Origin: Cycas panzhihuaensis
Lineage: Eukaryota; Plantae; Cycadophyta
NCBI GenBank assembly: GCA_023213395.1
Contig: CM041465.1
Location: forward strand, 252,099,741 to 252,163,740
Length of the DNA: 64,000 nt
Direction of reading: 5' to 3'
The position numbers were made by a program, and so were the translations under genes. Under the pieces are notes generated by a model. That model did not search any database. It was not told the origin of the DNA and saw only the letters and a list, made by a program, of their open reading frames with translations. Shown here piece after piece: positions 39,074 to 50,800 of the stretch (the stretch's first letter is position 1; each line of letters begins with the position of its first letter).

Positions 39074-42000
39074 TGTTAGGAGGTAATGTTTTATCTAAAG
39101 GGTCAGTAATCATGTAGCTCACACATGTGAATGTGACATGTGTCATGTCTTTAGAGGTCGGTTACAAATCTTCTTATAATGGTTACACGGTTGATTGTAT
39201 ATTTAAGAGATCATCTCCTTAATAAGATTGTTGAGTTCTCTCATCAGCCTTCTAATCAAGTTAACATGGTATCAAAGCAAGTCTGACTGCTCATCTAGAG
39301 GAAAAGGACTTCACTGTTGGAGCTCAATTCAAGGGTTCAAGAAGAAGACAAGTCTGGAAGACTCTCTAGTATGGAATCACAACATTAATTGCATGTGTAC
39401 GGAGCTATACGAAAACCGTACGAACGTCAAAATTTCAAGAGTTCTCAGAATGAGATGAAATTTAGTGGATAGATAGATCTGAGCACGCTCGTCAACATTC
39501 TCAACTAGCTTGATGTCGTTTGAAGCTGTTTCGAGGTCCAAATCGAAGGAAAACCAATCCCCGCGAGATTAAAGAGAGAACGGTCAATTTAAGGCAAAAT
39601 CTCGCCTGAATCCAAGTAAATACTATCACAAAACCCTTGTTTCTTTGATACTAAACATTTAGATCCAATTTCGTCTAGTTTTATGAAGTATTTTAAGAGA
39701 TTTAAGCAAAAATGTGCTTGAACCCTAGCCGCCCATCTAATTTTTTGAGGTTGTTTTCTTCAAATTGGAAGGCTCTTTCCTGAATTTGATCACAGATCCA
39801 TACTGTGGGTGAAAAAACCTCTCTTTTGAGGTATTCTTTGTTCTGGTCCGTACACCTAGGCTTTTGTATGGAAATCCATACAACTGTATGGTCAAGACAG
39901 TCCAGATCTTTTTTCTCTTCATTAATATTGGCTGCACCACTCTATGGTCTCTCTGAGCAAGATAAACTCACTAACAATAATTACCATATTTGGAAAATAA
40001 AAACTGAAACTCTTCTTAGGGACAGAAATGCTTGGAACATTGCTCTTGGGACTGAAACCAAGCCTGATGATGCAAGTGCAACATTGCCTAATTGGCTGGA
40101 AAGAGATAATGCGGGAGTGATCATTCTTAAACTGTCTATTTCCGACTGTCTCTTGGTGTATGTGGAAAAACCAAACTCAACCTCAGCCATTTGGAAGTGT
40201 TTTGAAAACCTTTTTGGCCAAAAAAATAAGGCTCGAATATTTGCCCTAAAAGAAGAATTATATAAGTTGCATATGAAAGAACATGAAACAATGACCGACT
40301 TTATACACAAGGTCACTTCACTTAAAAATATTCTCCCAAGTGTTGGAGAAATTCTTCCTGAACCTGAACTTGTTCAGATGGTAGCCAGTAAACTGCCAAA
40401 ATCCTTTGATGTAACCATCAACACTATCACAGATAGTAATCAGATTGATGCAATGACACTTGATGAGTTGACTGGAATATTGCTAAGGCAGGAATAGAGA
40501 AACAGGTGGTATGAAGACTTAGCAAAACTGGAAGATGCCTTCGCTTCCAGGCTAAATCTGGGACCTCAAGGACGAAACCAGTCACATGGAAGGAGACAAA
40601 CTCCAGACTCCAGGAGTTATGCTCGTGGTCGTTATCTAGATAACAGAGGACGCAGACGAGGTAGAGACTCCAAAATATGTTTCAACTGCGACTGACCTAG
40701 GCATTTTGCTAGTGCTTGCAGAGCATTCGATGTGTGTTACTATTGCAGATAATCAAGACACCATCACTATCAGTGTCCTCGGAGGAGAGTAGACATTCAG
40801 AGAGGGAAAAGACCAATGGGTAGCTATAGCAAAGAACAAGTTGAAGAAGAAGAGGAGGAACAGTGGTTGCATTATCAGTAGAATTGAAGGAAACAAATAT
40901 GTGGTTTATCGACTCTAGAGCTTTGCGACACATGACAAATCGCTAAGATTGGTTTGAAACTTTGAAACCTTGTGACATCAACAAATCAGTAGAATTAGGT
41001 GATAAGTATCCACTTGAAATTTAGGGAGTGGGTACTATTTCTGTTAACATACAGGACAATGTAAAGAAAATTTGAAATGTTTTATTGGTCCCTAACCTAA
41101 AAATGAATATTTTGTCCATTTCACAACTTAACAAAAAGGGGCTAAGAACTATGTTTGATGAAGACAGTCTCTATCACATGTTAGATATGAAAAACAATGG
41201 AGAAACAATAACAAAAGGTGTTAGGAGCAACGATCTATATAAACTGGTCTCAGATCTTGTAATGCCCAATCTGGGTCCAAAAATTTGTACTGTTGTGAAT
41301 TCTGATAATAAAATGTGGAATTTGAAGTACGGGCATCTACCAATAGAAACATTAAAACAAATGAAAAAACATGATATAGTGCATGGATTACATGATATAG
41401 TGCATGGATTACCTCACATCTTCTCATAAAATTTTGTTTGCAAATGATGTCGATTTGGAAAACATCATAGACTACCATTCAAAGAAAGCAAATGGAAAAC
41501 ACAAAGCAAATTGGAATTGCTTCATACAGATCTTTGTGGACCACTCACACCACTTTCGATAAATGGTTGCAAGTATTTCTTAACTTTCATTGATGATTCC
41601 ACTGAACAAGTTTGGGTATACTTCTTGCATAACAAATCAGAAGTTTTTGAAGTCTTCAAGGAATTCAAAGCAAAGGTAGAACTAGAATCAAAAAACAAAA
41701 TAAACTGCATCAGATCAGACGGAGGAGGGGAGTACATTTCTAATGAATTCCTAACCTACTGCAAGTGGAACGGGATACAGAGACAAATCACCACACCCTA
41801 CACACCACAATCCAATGGGGTTGCAGAAAGAAAAAACAGAACCTTGATGGAAATGGTTAGAAGCATGGTACATGAAAGGCAGGTTTCGAAATCATATTGG
41901 TGAGAAGCAGTTAATATAGCCTGCTACCTTATAAACAAAAGCCCAACTAAAGCCTTGGAGAACATCACACCTGAGGAAGCACGGACAGGTAAGAAACTTG

Positions 42001-44219
42001 ATGTCAGTCCTCTTAAAGTATTTGGTAGTCAGGCCTATGTACACATACCAGATAAAAAAAGATCAAAAATTGATGCAAAGAGCATAGAATACTTTATGAT
42101 AGGGTATAGTAAGAATTCAAAAGCCTACAAATGCACTGATCCAAAAACAAACAAGATATATGTTAGCAGAGATGTGGTTTTTAATGAAGAAAGCTTGGAT
42201 TTTCAACCTCAAATCAAAATAATTGAGGGAGAAACAAAGAACTCAAATAGAGAGGTCTCCACAGAAGAAATTTTGAATATTACTACAAAAGAAATCCCAT
42301 CATCTTCGTCTCACATAGATTTAGCTGAAGAAGGAAGCTCAACACAAGAAGTAGACTCTTATTTAGAACACTCAAAAACAAGAGAAGACTCAAGAAAAGA
42401 AAAGAAAAGAAATTGGCCAAATGGTTCATCAAGACGATTGAAGGAAGAGGAAGCATACTTGACCATAAAACAAGAAGTCAAAATCCAAAAGCTCTGTTCA
42501 GCCGAATTGAACCTCAATCATTTCAAGAGGCTCAAGATCAACCAAATGGAAGGCACCTATGGACGCTAAGATAGATTCAATTATTAGAAATCAAACATGG
42601 GATCTAGTAGAACTTCCTCCAAACACAACCATAGTTAATTGCAAATGGGTATATAAGGTCAGGGAAGGGGCTAATGGGAAAATTGAGAAACACAAAGCCC
42701 ATCTTGTTGCTAAAGGATATACCCAGACAGCTGGAATCGATTTTGAAGAGACCTTCTCTCCTGTAGCAAAGTTAGACACAGTAAGAACTGTGATTGCACT
42801 TGCAGCATTACTCAACTGGAAAATCTTTCAGTTAGATGTAAAGAGTATATTCTTGAATGGAGATCTTGAAGAAGATGTGTATATGACACAATTTGAAGGC
42901 TACGTTAAGAAAGGACAAGAACTGTTGGTGTGCAAACTAAAAAAATCTCTATATGGACTAAAACAAGCCCCTCATGCCTAGTACGCCAAACTAGATTAGC
43001 ACTTGTGCCACAACGGATTTCAATGCTGCAACTCAGATTCCAGCGCATACACAAGAGAAAAGGATGGTCTAATCACCATAATTGTTGTTTATGTAGATGA
43101 TATGATCCTCACAGGGAATGATGATAAATCAATTATAGAAATAAAAGGGCAATTAGAAAAGAAATTTGAAATGACAGATCTTGGTCTTCTTAACTATTAT
43201 CCGGGATTGGAAGTGAGTCAGCAACAAGAATATATTTCCCTCTCACAAAGCAAGTATATAAAGGACCTACTAAGCAAATTCAGGATGACAAACTGCAATC
43301 CATGTACAACACCCATGGAAATCAACTACGACTTGGTAGCAAATGAAGGAGAACAAATCAGTCGATGTCATTCTGTATAGAGAGTTGATTGGTAGTGTGA
43401 TTTACCTCACAGCCACCAGACCCGACATATCTTACTCAGTTGGAATCGTCTCTAGGTACATGTAGGAACCAAGAGTAAGACACTGGAAAGCCGCTTGGAG
43501 AATACTAAGATATCTACGAGGAACAATCGATCTAAAACTGATCTACTCACGAAAAGGATCAGCAGAACTCATAGGATATTGTGACTGAGATTGGGCAAGT
43601 GACAAGCTTTTTCTTGGGACCAGCTGCAATTTCATGGTGCAGTAAAAAACAGTCCACCGTTGCACTCTCATCAATCAAGGTAATACAAAGTACCAGAATT
43701 ACAACTTCAAGCAAGATGGTTTAAGCGACAACTTCTGATTGATTGGAATCAACCTCAGAACCAAGCGACAACTTTATATTGTGATAATCAAAGTGCTATT
43801 AAATTAACCAAGAATCCAATTCTTCATGCCAGAACCAAGCATATTGAAGTTCATCACCACTTCATAAGGAAAAAGGTTCACAATAAAGAAATCAAGCTAG
43901 AGTACTGCTCTACTATAGAACAAACTATAGATTTATTAACAAAGTCACTAGGAAAAGAAAAGTTTCAATTTTTTAGAGACAAGATAGGATTGAGAGAGAT
44001 AAAACATTAAGAGAGGGTGTTAGGAGGTAATGTTTTATCTAAAGGGTCATTAATCATGTAACTCACACATGTGATTGTGACATGTGTCATGCCTTTAGAG
44101 GTCAATTGCAAATCTTCTCATAACGGTTACAAGACTGATTGTATATTTAAGAGATCATCTCCTTAATAAGATTGTTGAGTTCTCTCATCAGTCTTTTGTT
44201 TCTTTGAATCAAGTTAACA
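39074..44219 (+). mobile_element. Complete but inactivated Ty1/Copia retrotransposon (E)
   Basis: LTRs 39074-39266 and 44018-44219 (about 7% diverged plus a 9-bp indel). PBS 39267-39278, PPT AAGAGAGGG, flanks GTAAA/ACAAA (TSD GCAAA with one transition each). Confidence 0.95.
39928..44010 (+). pseudogene. Copia E gag-pol: gag, two knuckles, PR, INT, RT, RNase H
   Basis: [70 protein letters not shown]...RTKHIEV. Confidence 0.95.
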
Positions 44220-44924
44220 ACAAAAGGTCGCACAAATTAACAACGCTATATAATTTATAGAAATGAGAAAAAGGTATAACAATATGTACCAAGAGTATGA
44301 AATGAAAATGAAAAAAAGAAGAAAATATAGTGGATAACCAAAAAAGATAAGACCAAACCTCTAAATCAACGCTTGTAAGATTAAAGGGATAATTTCATAC
44401 ATTTCCGCAAAGTAAGAATTATCATTGATTATGCATAATGCTCATCAAATAAACTAAATAGGCTCAAGCAGTATGCAATAACTACAAAGAATGGCATATA
44501 TAAGAGATTGACAAGTAGACCAACTCATCAAGTTCACACATATCATTATGTGCTCATGCATTCCTCATCTAATTACTGACAACATTCTTTAAAGAATACA
44601 AGAACACATGTGAAATCCAAAAAATACAATATAATTCATAGTATGAACCAATAGCTTGCATTAATCCAAGCAAGCACGACATCTGGTTCTCTCACAACCA
44701 GATGTAGTCTTGAGAACAGTAGAAACTAAAGGACTTCGAGCAGAGAAGAAGCAATTAATAGTCGTACAACAAGAAGATAGATGAAATCCCTAATCTAAGA
44801 CATGATACAAAAGCAAGATACCTTATTTATACAATCACATATTTCAATTGTCTTTTCCATTTATACCCAACTAACTAATTAGTGCGTCTAATTAGACGTA
44901 GTTTTCTTTTAATCATAATTCTAA

Positions 44925-45200
44925 TTACAATCCATTAGTTGATTGTAACCTGGTGGTACAATCTAAGTTCGGATTGTAATTCCTTATTGCAATTTGGTTT
45001 GTGATTGTGCCTATTGATTGCATTCTTGTCTCTGATTGTACATGTTGATTGCAATCTTGACTTTGATTACACTTCCTACTTGCAATTTGGTTCCTGATTG
45101 TACCTATTAATTGCAATCTCGACTTTGATTGCACTTCCTAATTACAATATGGCTCTTGATTGCTCCTACTACTTGTAATTCACTTGTTGATTGTACCTAT
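44925..45200. repeat. Degenerate GATTGCAATC-rich tandem subrepeats in the C LTRs (also ~55060-55345)
   Basis: Recurrent TGATTGCAATCTGGTTCTTGATTG-like units in both LTRs. Confidence 0.85.
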
Positions 45201-46608
45201 TAATATACTCTTCTACTTGTTTTTCCCTTGTCAAAATTGTGACACACATCTCCCTTGACACAATTCTGTTAAGCACCCTCACTCAAGCACAAATTCAACT
45301 TTTTCGTTCCCTTTATTCCTTCCCCAAAAATTTGAATCACGGTTGTCTGGAAGACTTCCCTTTTTCACAAGCCTCTTGCCTAGCCTTTTTAAGGTTCAAG
45401 ATTTCTTGCTTTAAATATGTAGGATCTAGTCTCACAATGTTTGAAGGGGGTATCCACCCTTGCAAGCAAACAAAATCATACAGAATTAGAACATCTTGTT
45501 GAGCCTCAAGCCGCTTCATACTTAGCAAGTCGCCAATCTATAGTTTGGCAAAATCATCATATAAGTTCCATATTAAGGTTTTAGCAGCTATTAATTCTTT
45601 TTGCAACATGTGTATTTTTCTCATTAATTTTTGCAATTGCTTGGCATCCTCATCTATCTTGAAAATCCAAGTACCAAGTTCGCAAATTACTTCTTCTAAT
45701 CCTTCTAGAATCTACAAGACAAGCATGTCCTTAAATTTTTCAATCTAAGTTTATACACTTGAGACGTCATCAACCCATTCCATGATAAATTTACAAAGAA
45801 AGTCAAATTTTCTTCAACAAGGATAGTTTTTTGTTGAGCATCATGAAGTTGTTCTTCTAATCGTTCTAAAGTTATTTAGCTTGGAGGTGGTTTTTGTGTT
45901 CAACTTTCTATCTCAATGACCAGTTGCCTAGTTACACTTGCTAAGAAAGAAGTTTTCCATTTGGAGACATTTTGAGGCTTGCACATCATGGGGTCTAACC
46001 CTTCTTCAAAGACTTGTTCTTCTTTAGAGAATTCTATCCTTAGGCTCTTATAAAACCTTCTCTATCAATTCTCCTTTCCTTTACTTTGCAACTTCCTTTA
46101 TAGAATCTTCTGAGAAACTGTCATTTTCTTTGGTTCATGTACATCCAATGGCAATTTAATATAACCCATTTGTGTGTCTTTTTCTTCGACCTTACCATCT
46201 GTGACTGGTTGAGGTTCATCTCCTTTCTCTAGTTCTATTTCCACTTCTACAATCGTTTTGCCTTCCTTTATTTGTCTTTTTCTTTCTTCTTCATTCTTTT
46301 GACTATGTGTTCTCACCTACGAGGACTCCTCTTCTTGTTTTTCCAGTTCTTTGACTTCTTCAATAACTATCCCACCTGGAGAAGATGATTGTACAACCTT
46401 CTGCCACCATTGTTGAATCCATGCCCTTATAGCATCTTGTGTGCACACTATTTGCCAAAACTCTTGAGAATCTACATTTTCCTAGTTGAAATGTTTTGTC
46501 CCGGTAGCCAATTGAGATTAGCCCTACTTCGAAACTAGTAACAAAAGTCCTAAACATCGAGCGAAAATCAATCCTTGCAGTAGTGTAGGTTAAAAGAAAA
46601 TTATTGTT

Positions 46609-46916
46609 AGCCTCATGGGGCTGGGTGGATTGGTAAGTTGTGGCGATTACCAAGGCGAGACCCAGGTTCAAAGCTCATGAGTGCAAGTCACTTCACAGGG
46701 AAGTAGTCCGACCGGCGTCCGCTGCTGCAAAGAAAGTAGTCCGACCAAAGTCCATTGAGTGTGTGCCAGCTGTACGATGGCGGTATGAACTCCAAGCATA
46801 GCCAGTACAAAGGCGGTACAAAACACGGATCCGGGGTCCCCCTTACTTCGGAACTTTGTACCAAGGGTGGCTAGAGGTTCTCCTCTAGATATCAAAAAAA
46901 AAAAAAAAAAAAAAGA
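46609..46916 (+). mobile_element. tRNA-derived SINE, apparently young, inserted in element C
   Basis: 17-bp TSD AAAAGAAAATTATTGTT at 46592-46608 and 46917-46933. A-box-like GGTGGATTGGTA at ~46624, B box GGTTCAAAGC at 46665, A21 tail 46894-46914, CpGs retained. Confidence 0.9.
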
Positions 46917-47855
46917 AAAAGAAAATTATTGTTTCGCCTGCATGTTTTATTTTCAACAAATTGTGCTGAAATTTCTCAAAGATGAACTTAGTCCAATTAA
47001 ACTTTTCCCCATTGGCACCCCGCTAAAGCATAGAGTGAAGATTTGTCAAAACATACAAATTCTTCTACCCTAGAATAACTTTAGTGAATAAGAAACATGC
47101 AATCCATTTGATCTAGCCTAAATTTATAGTAGAAATGTTAATACCTAAGCCAAATACTTGGGCTACATCCGCCCCAATTCTTGTGCAGCTTGTCTCTGAG
47201 AAATTTGTTTATCTTTTGGTGCATCGGCACCATCTATTGGTAACCCTATCAATCGTGCAATTGCTTTTGCAAAAAAGTCCAAAATGGATGGTTGTAGGGC
47301 AATCATCATTGCTACCAGTAATAAAAATTCTAGGATGATAGGAAAAATTACAGTACCTATATATTATTTGAATTTGGATGAGATAATGGCTCTTCTTCGT
47401 TGATCATATTCCTATATTACCTACCATTAAGTGCATATTTGAACATCATCCAATTCTCTGAAAGAAATGTTCACCTACAAAATATCCACGGTTATCATCC
47501 TCAACTATGTTAGATTCTTTGAAAACTATTTTTGTTTTTCATTATTTATATGTCTTTTTAAAAAAAAATCAATTGATCATAAATAATCGTGCCCACTTAT
47601 TATGAATCTATTTACATAATGGTGGCAAAAATGTGCATGCGTTGTCATCATTCCTTGGAAATGACAATTGTTGTCAATTACTCACTCCTTGTCTTTTCAA
47701 TGTACACAAGCATCTCATCTTTATTCATTGCACACTTATTTATCATTCGACCGCAATCATAACCTTGGCCAGTTCTCAAGACTTTGATTGCAATCAATTT
47801 CTATTCCTCTAGTTCATACTAACTTCTCTTTTCTTTTCTTCTTTTTTTAATGATT

Positions 47856-50800
47856 CTACAATTTTAGCCTACTATCGTTGACCAATTTGGTCAACAACTT
47901 ACCATCCAGTTGTTTTATCTGAATAGCACCATTCAACCAAATGTGATTAACTCTGTACGAACACATACATCTTAATTTCAATTTCCTTGGTTTTATTTGA
48001 AACTTGATGTCATATAAAAAAACAAAATCACCTATTTGATATTGCAATTGTTTTAAATGCCTATCATGCCATGCTTTTCTTCTAGCCTCTTCTACTTTCA
48101 TCTCCCATAATGCTCTGGCGTGTTCTTCATCTAGCTTCATCAAGTCCAAGAGACATTGATCATATGATTCCTTTTCCCCCATCTGAAGTTGATTAGCTAC
48201 TCCAATGCTTTCCACTTGGAATTCTAGAGGGACAAACGCTTCCAATCCATAAGCTAACTGGAATGGCATCTATTTATGAGGTTGTTTTCTTGTGGTTCAA
48301 TCAACCCACAATACTGAGTGCAGTCTTTCTGCCCAGTTTGTCTATCTACATTACCAATCTTTGTTAAAGCTATTTTTAAAATCTTATTTGTACTCTCTAC
48401 CTGGCCATTCACCCTTGGATAATATGGAGACGATATTCTATGTTGAATTAAAAATTCAGATGTCAATTGTTTGATAGTCTAGTTCAAAAAACTACTCCCC
48501 TGATCAAATACTATCTCCAATGGGTAGTCGAACGAAATAATTATTACCTCATAGAGGAACTTGGTTGCACTTCTTGCATCGCATTGTCTCATAGGTTTGG
48601 CCTCTATCCATTTGGTCACAAAATCTATGGCCACTAAAATATATTTGGCATTTGTTCTTTGGACCGGTAAGTTGATTGGACTAATGAAGTCCAATCCCCA
48701 TTTCTCGAATAGGGCTATTGCCAGGCGTAAAATGCTATTCGAGGGCTTCCCTACTCTTTGACAAACATCATAGGATTTCACCCATTTCTCTACATCTTCA
48801 AACAAAGCAGGCCACCACAGGCCTACCAGCAAAATTTTTCGTGCAATGCTTTCACTCCCATGATGTCTAGATGCAACTCCTTCATGTGCTTCTCTCAATA
48901 CAACTCCTACTTCATGCTCTGGGATACATATATGCAACACTTCATCCAGTCGTAGTTTATATAGCATACCATGAATTAATTAAAATGAGAAAGCTTTTCT
49001 CACAAAATTTCTTCGCTTTGCCTAATCTAGTCCAATAGGTGTTTGTCTCATCATTAAGTACTAAGTTATTCCTTTATACCAAGTTGGTATCACTTCAATT
49101 GCGAACAACTTATTATCTAGAAAATCATTGATTATTCTTGTTGTTGCTCCACCTCCACTTATTTGAGACAGCTAATCTAGAATTATATACTTTTCTCCTT
49201 TTTTCACAATTATCTTAAAGGTGAACTCTTGAAATAACATTAGCTAATGATTGATTTGTCCCTACAAGATTGGCTTATTAATTAGATGTTGTAGAGCTTA
49301 GTGATCTACAAAGAATACAAAGGGATTCGCCAACAAATAATGCCGAAACTTTTGAAGAGCATAAATCATTCCCAATCCTTCTCTCTCTATAACTAAATAA
49401 TTTCACTCTGCTTAAGTAAGTTTCCTGCTGGCAAAATACATAGGGAGATCAATATTGTTATCTCCTAGTTGTGTCAGTACACAGCCAATTGCATATAACG
49501 ATGCATTTACATGCATGTGAAAAGGTTTTTCCCAATTAAGAAATTGAAGTATTGGTGCCTATGCCACCTTTTTCTTTAGTAGTTCAAAGGCCAATTGTTG
49601 CTTTAAGGTCCACTCCCACACTGTTGCTTTCTTTAGCAAAGACTCTAAAGGGTTAGCAATCTGAGCATCCTCCCTGATAAATTTGCAATAACAACCTATC
49701 ATGCCTAAGAAACCCTTAAGGATTTTGGTAGACTTTGGTATTGGAAAGTTGAGAATGACTACAACTTTGGTCGGATCCATGCGCAGTCCCTCATTTGTCA
49801 TAATGTGACCCAACAGTGAACCAAAAGGTACCATAAAGGTAGATTTTTCTAGGTTCAAACACTGGTTACTTTTCCTACAAATCTCAAGCATTTGCCTTAA
49901 GTTACTCAAATGATTCTTCAACAAAGTGTATAGTGTGCAGTCATCTAGGAAAACCTCAATCGTTTTTCCTATTGTTTATCAAAAGATACTGAAAATCACC
50001 AGCTAGAAGGTGGTTGGCACATTTGTCAAGCTAAAGGGCGTGACTCTGTAAGTATATTTGCCCCGCTCGATGACAAAAACAATCTTCGACTAGTCCTCTA
50101 GGGCAATCTAAACTTGATTATATCCATTGAACCCATCGGTGAATGAAAACACCTCATGCCCTGCTACTTTTCGAGGATATCTTCTATAAAAGGTATCAAA
50201 AATGGGTCTAGTTCTGTGACTTTATTTAATGCCCTCTAATTTACAAAAACAAGCAGTTTCCTATTCTTTTTGGGGACAACTATGACTAGGTTGATCCATT
50301 CACTGCTTTCAACCTCGAAAATATATTCTACTTCAAGCAGCTTATCCAACTTTGCTTTGACTTTCTTCTTGAATTCCAAGTTCATCTTATAAGGACGTTG
50401 CCTAACTAGTTTGGCTCCTATCAAGTCAATCTTGCGTTCTCCTAAATCAGGTGGAATTCCTTTAAAGTCCTCGTAGAACCATGCAAACACATCTTTGAAC
50501 TCCACAAAAAGCATTGTTGCCTAGTTCATTGTTTATTGATCCCACTAGTCATCCATGGTGACATATTTAGGTTGCTCCTCTATGCGAATGTTCATATTTT
50601 TCAATTTCAACTCCTTCGCTTGTATTGTTTTTGCATCCGCCTGCAATTCAATTCGTATGCTAGAGACTGATCAATTTGCCTTTCTCCATATTTTGTAGTA
50701 GAATAGGATGGAGGAAAATCTTGTAATTCTTCCTAACTATCCCTATCTAATAGAGGCTCTAGTTCCAATTTTTGTCCATTTGCATCAATGGCTTCCATCT

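Noticed and set aside
46609-46690. tRNA gene
   Set aside because: Imperfect cloverleaf followed by a body, poly(A) and TSD, so it is a SINE head.
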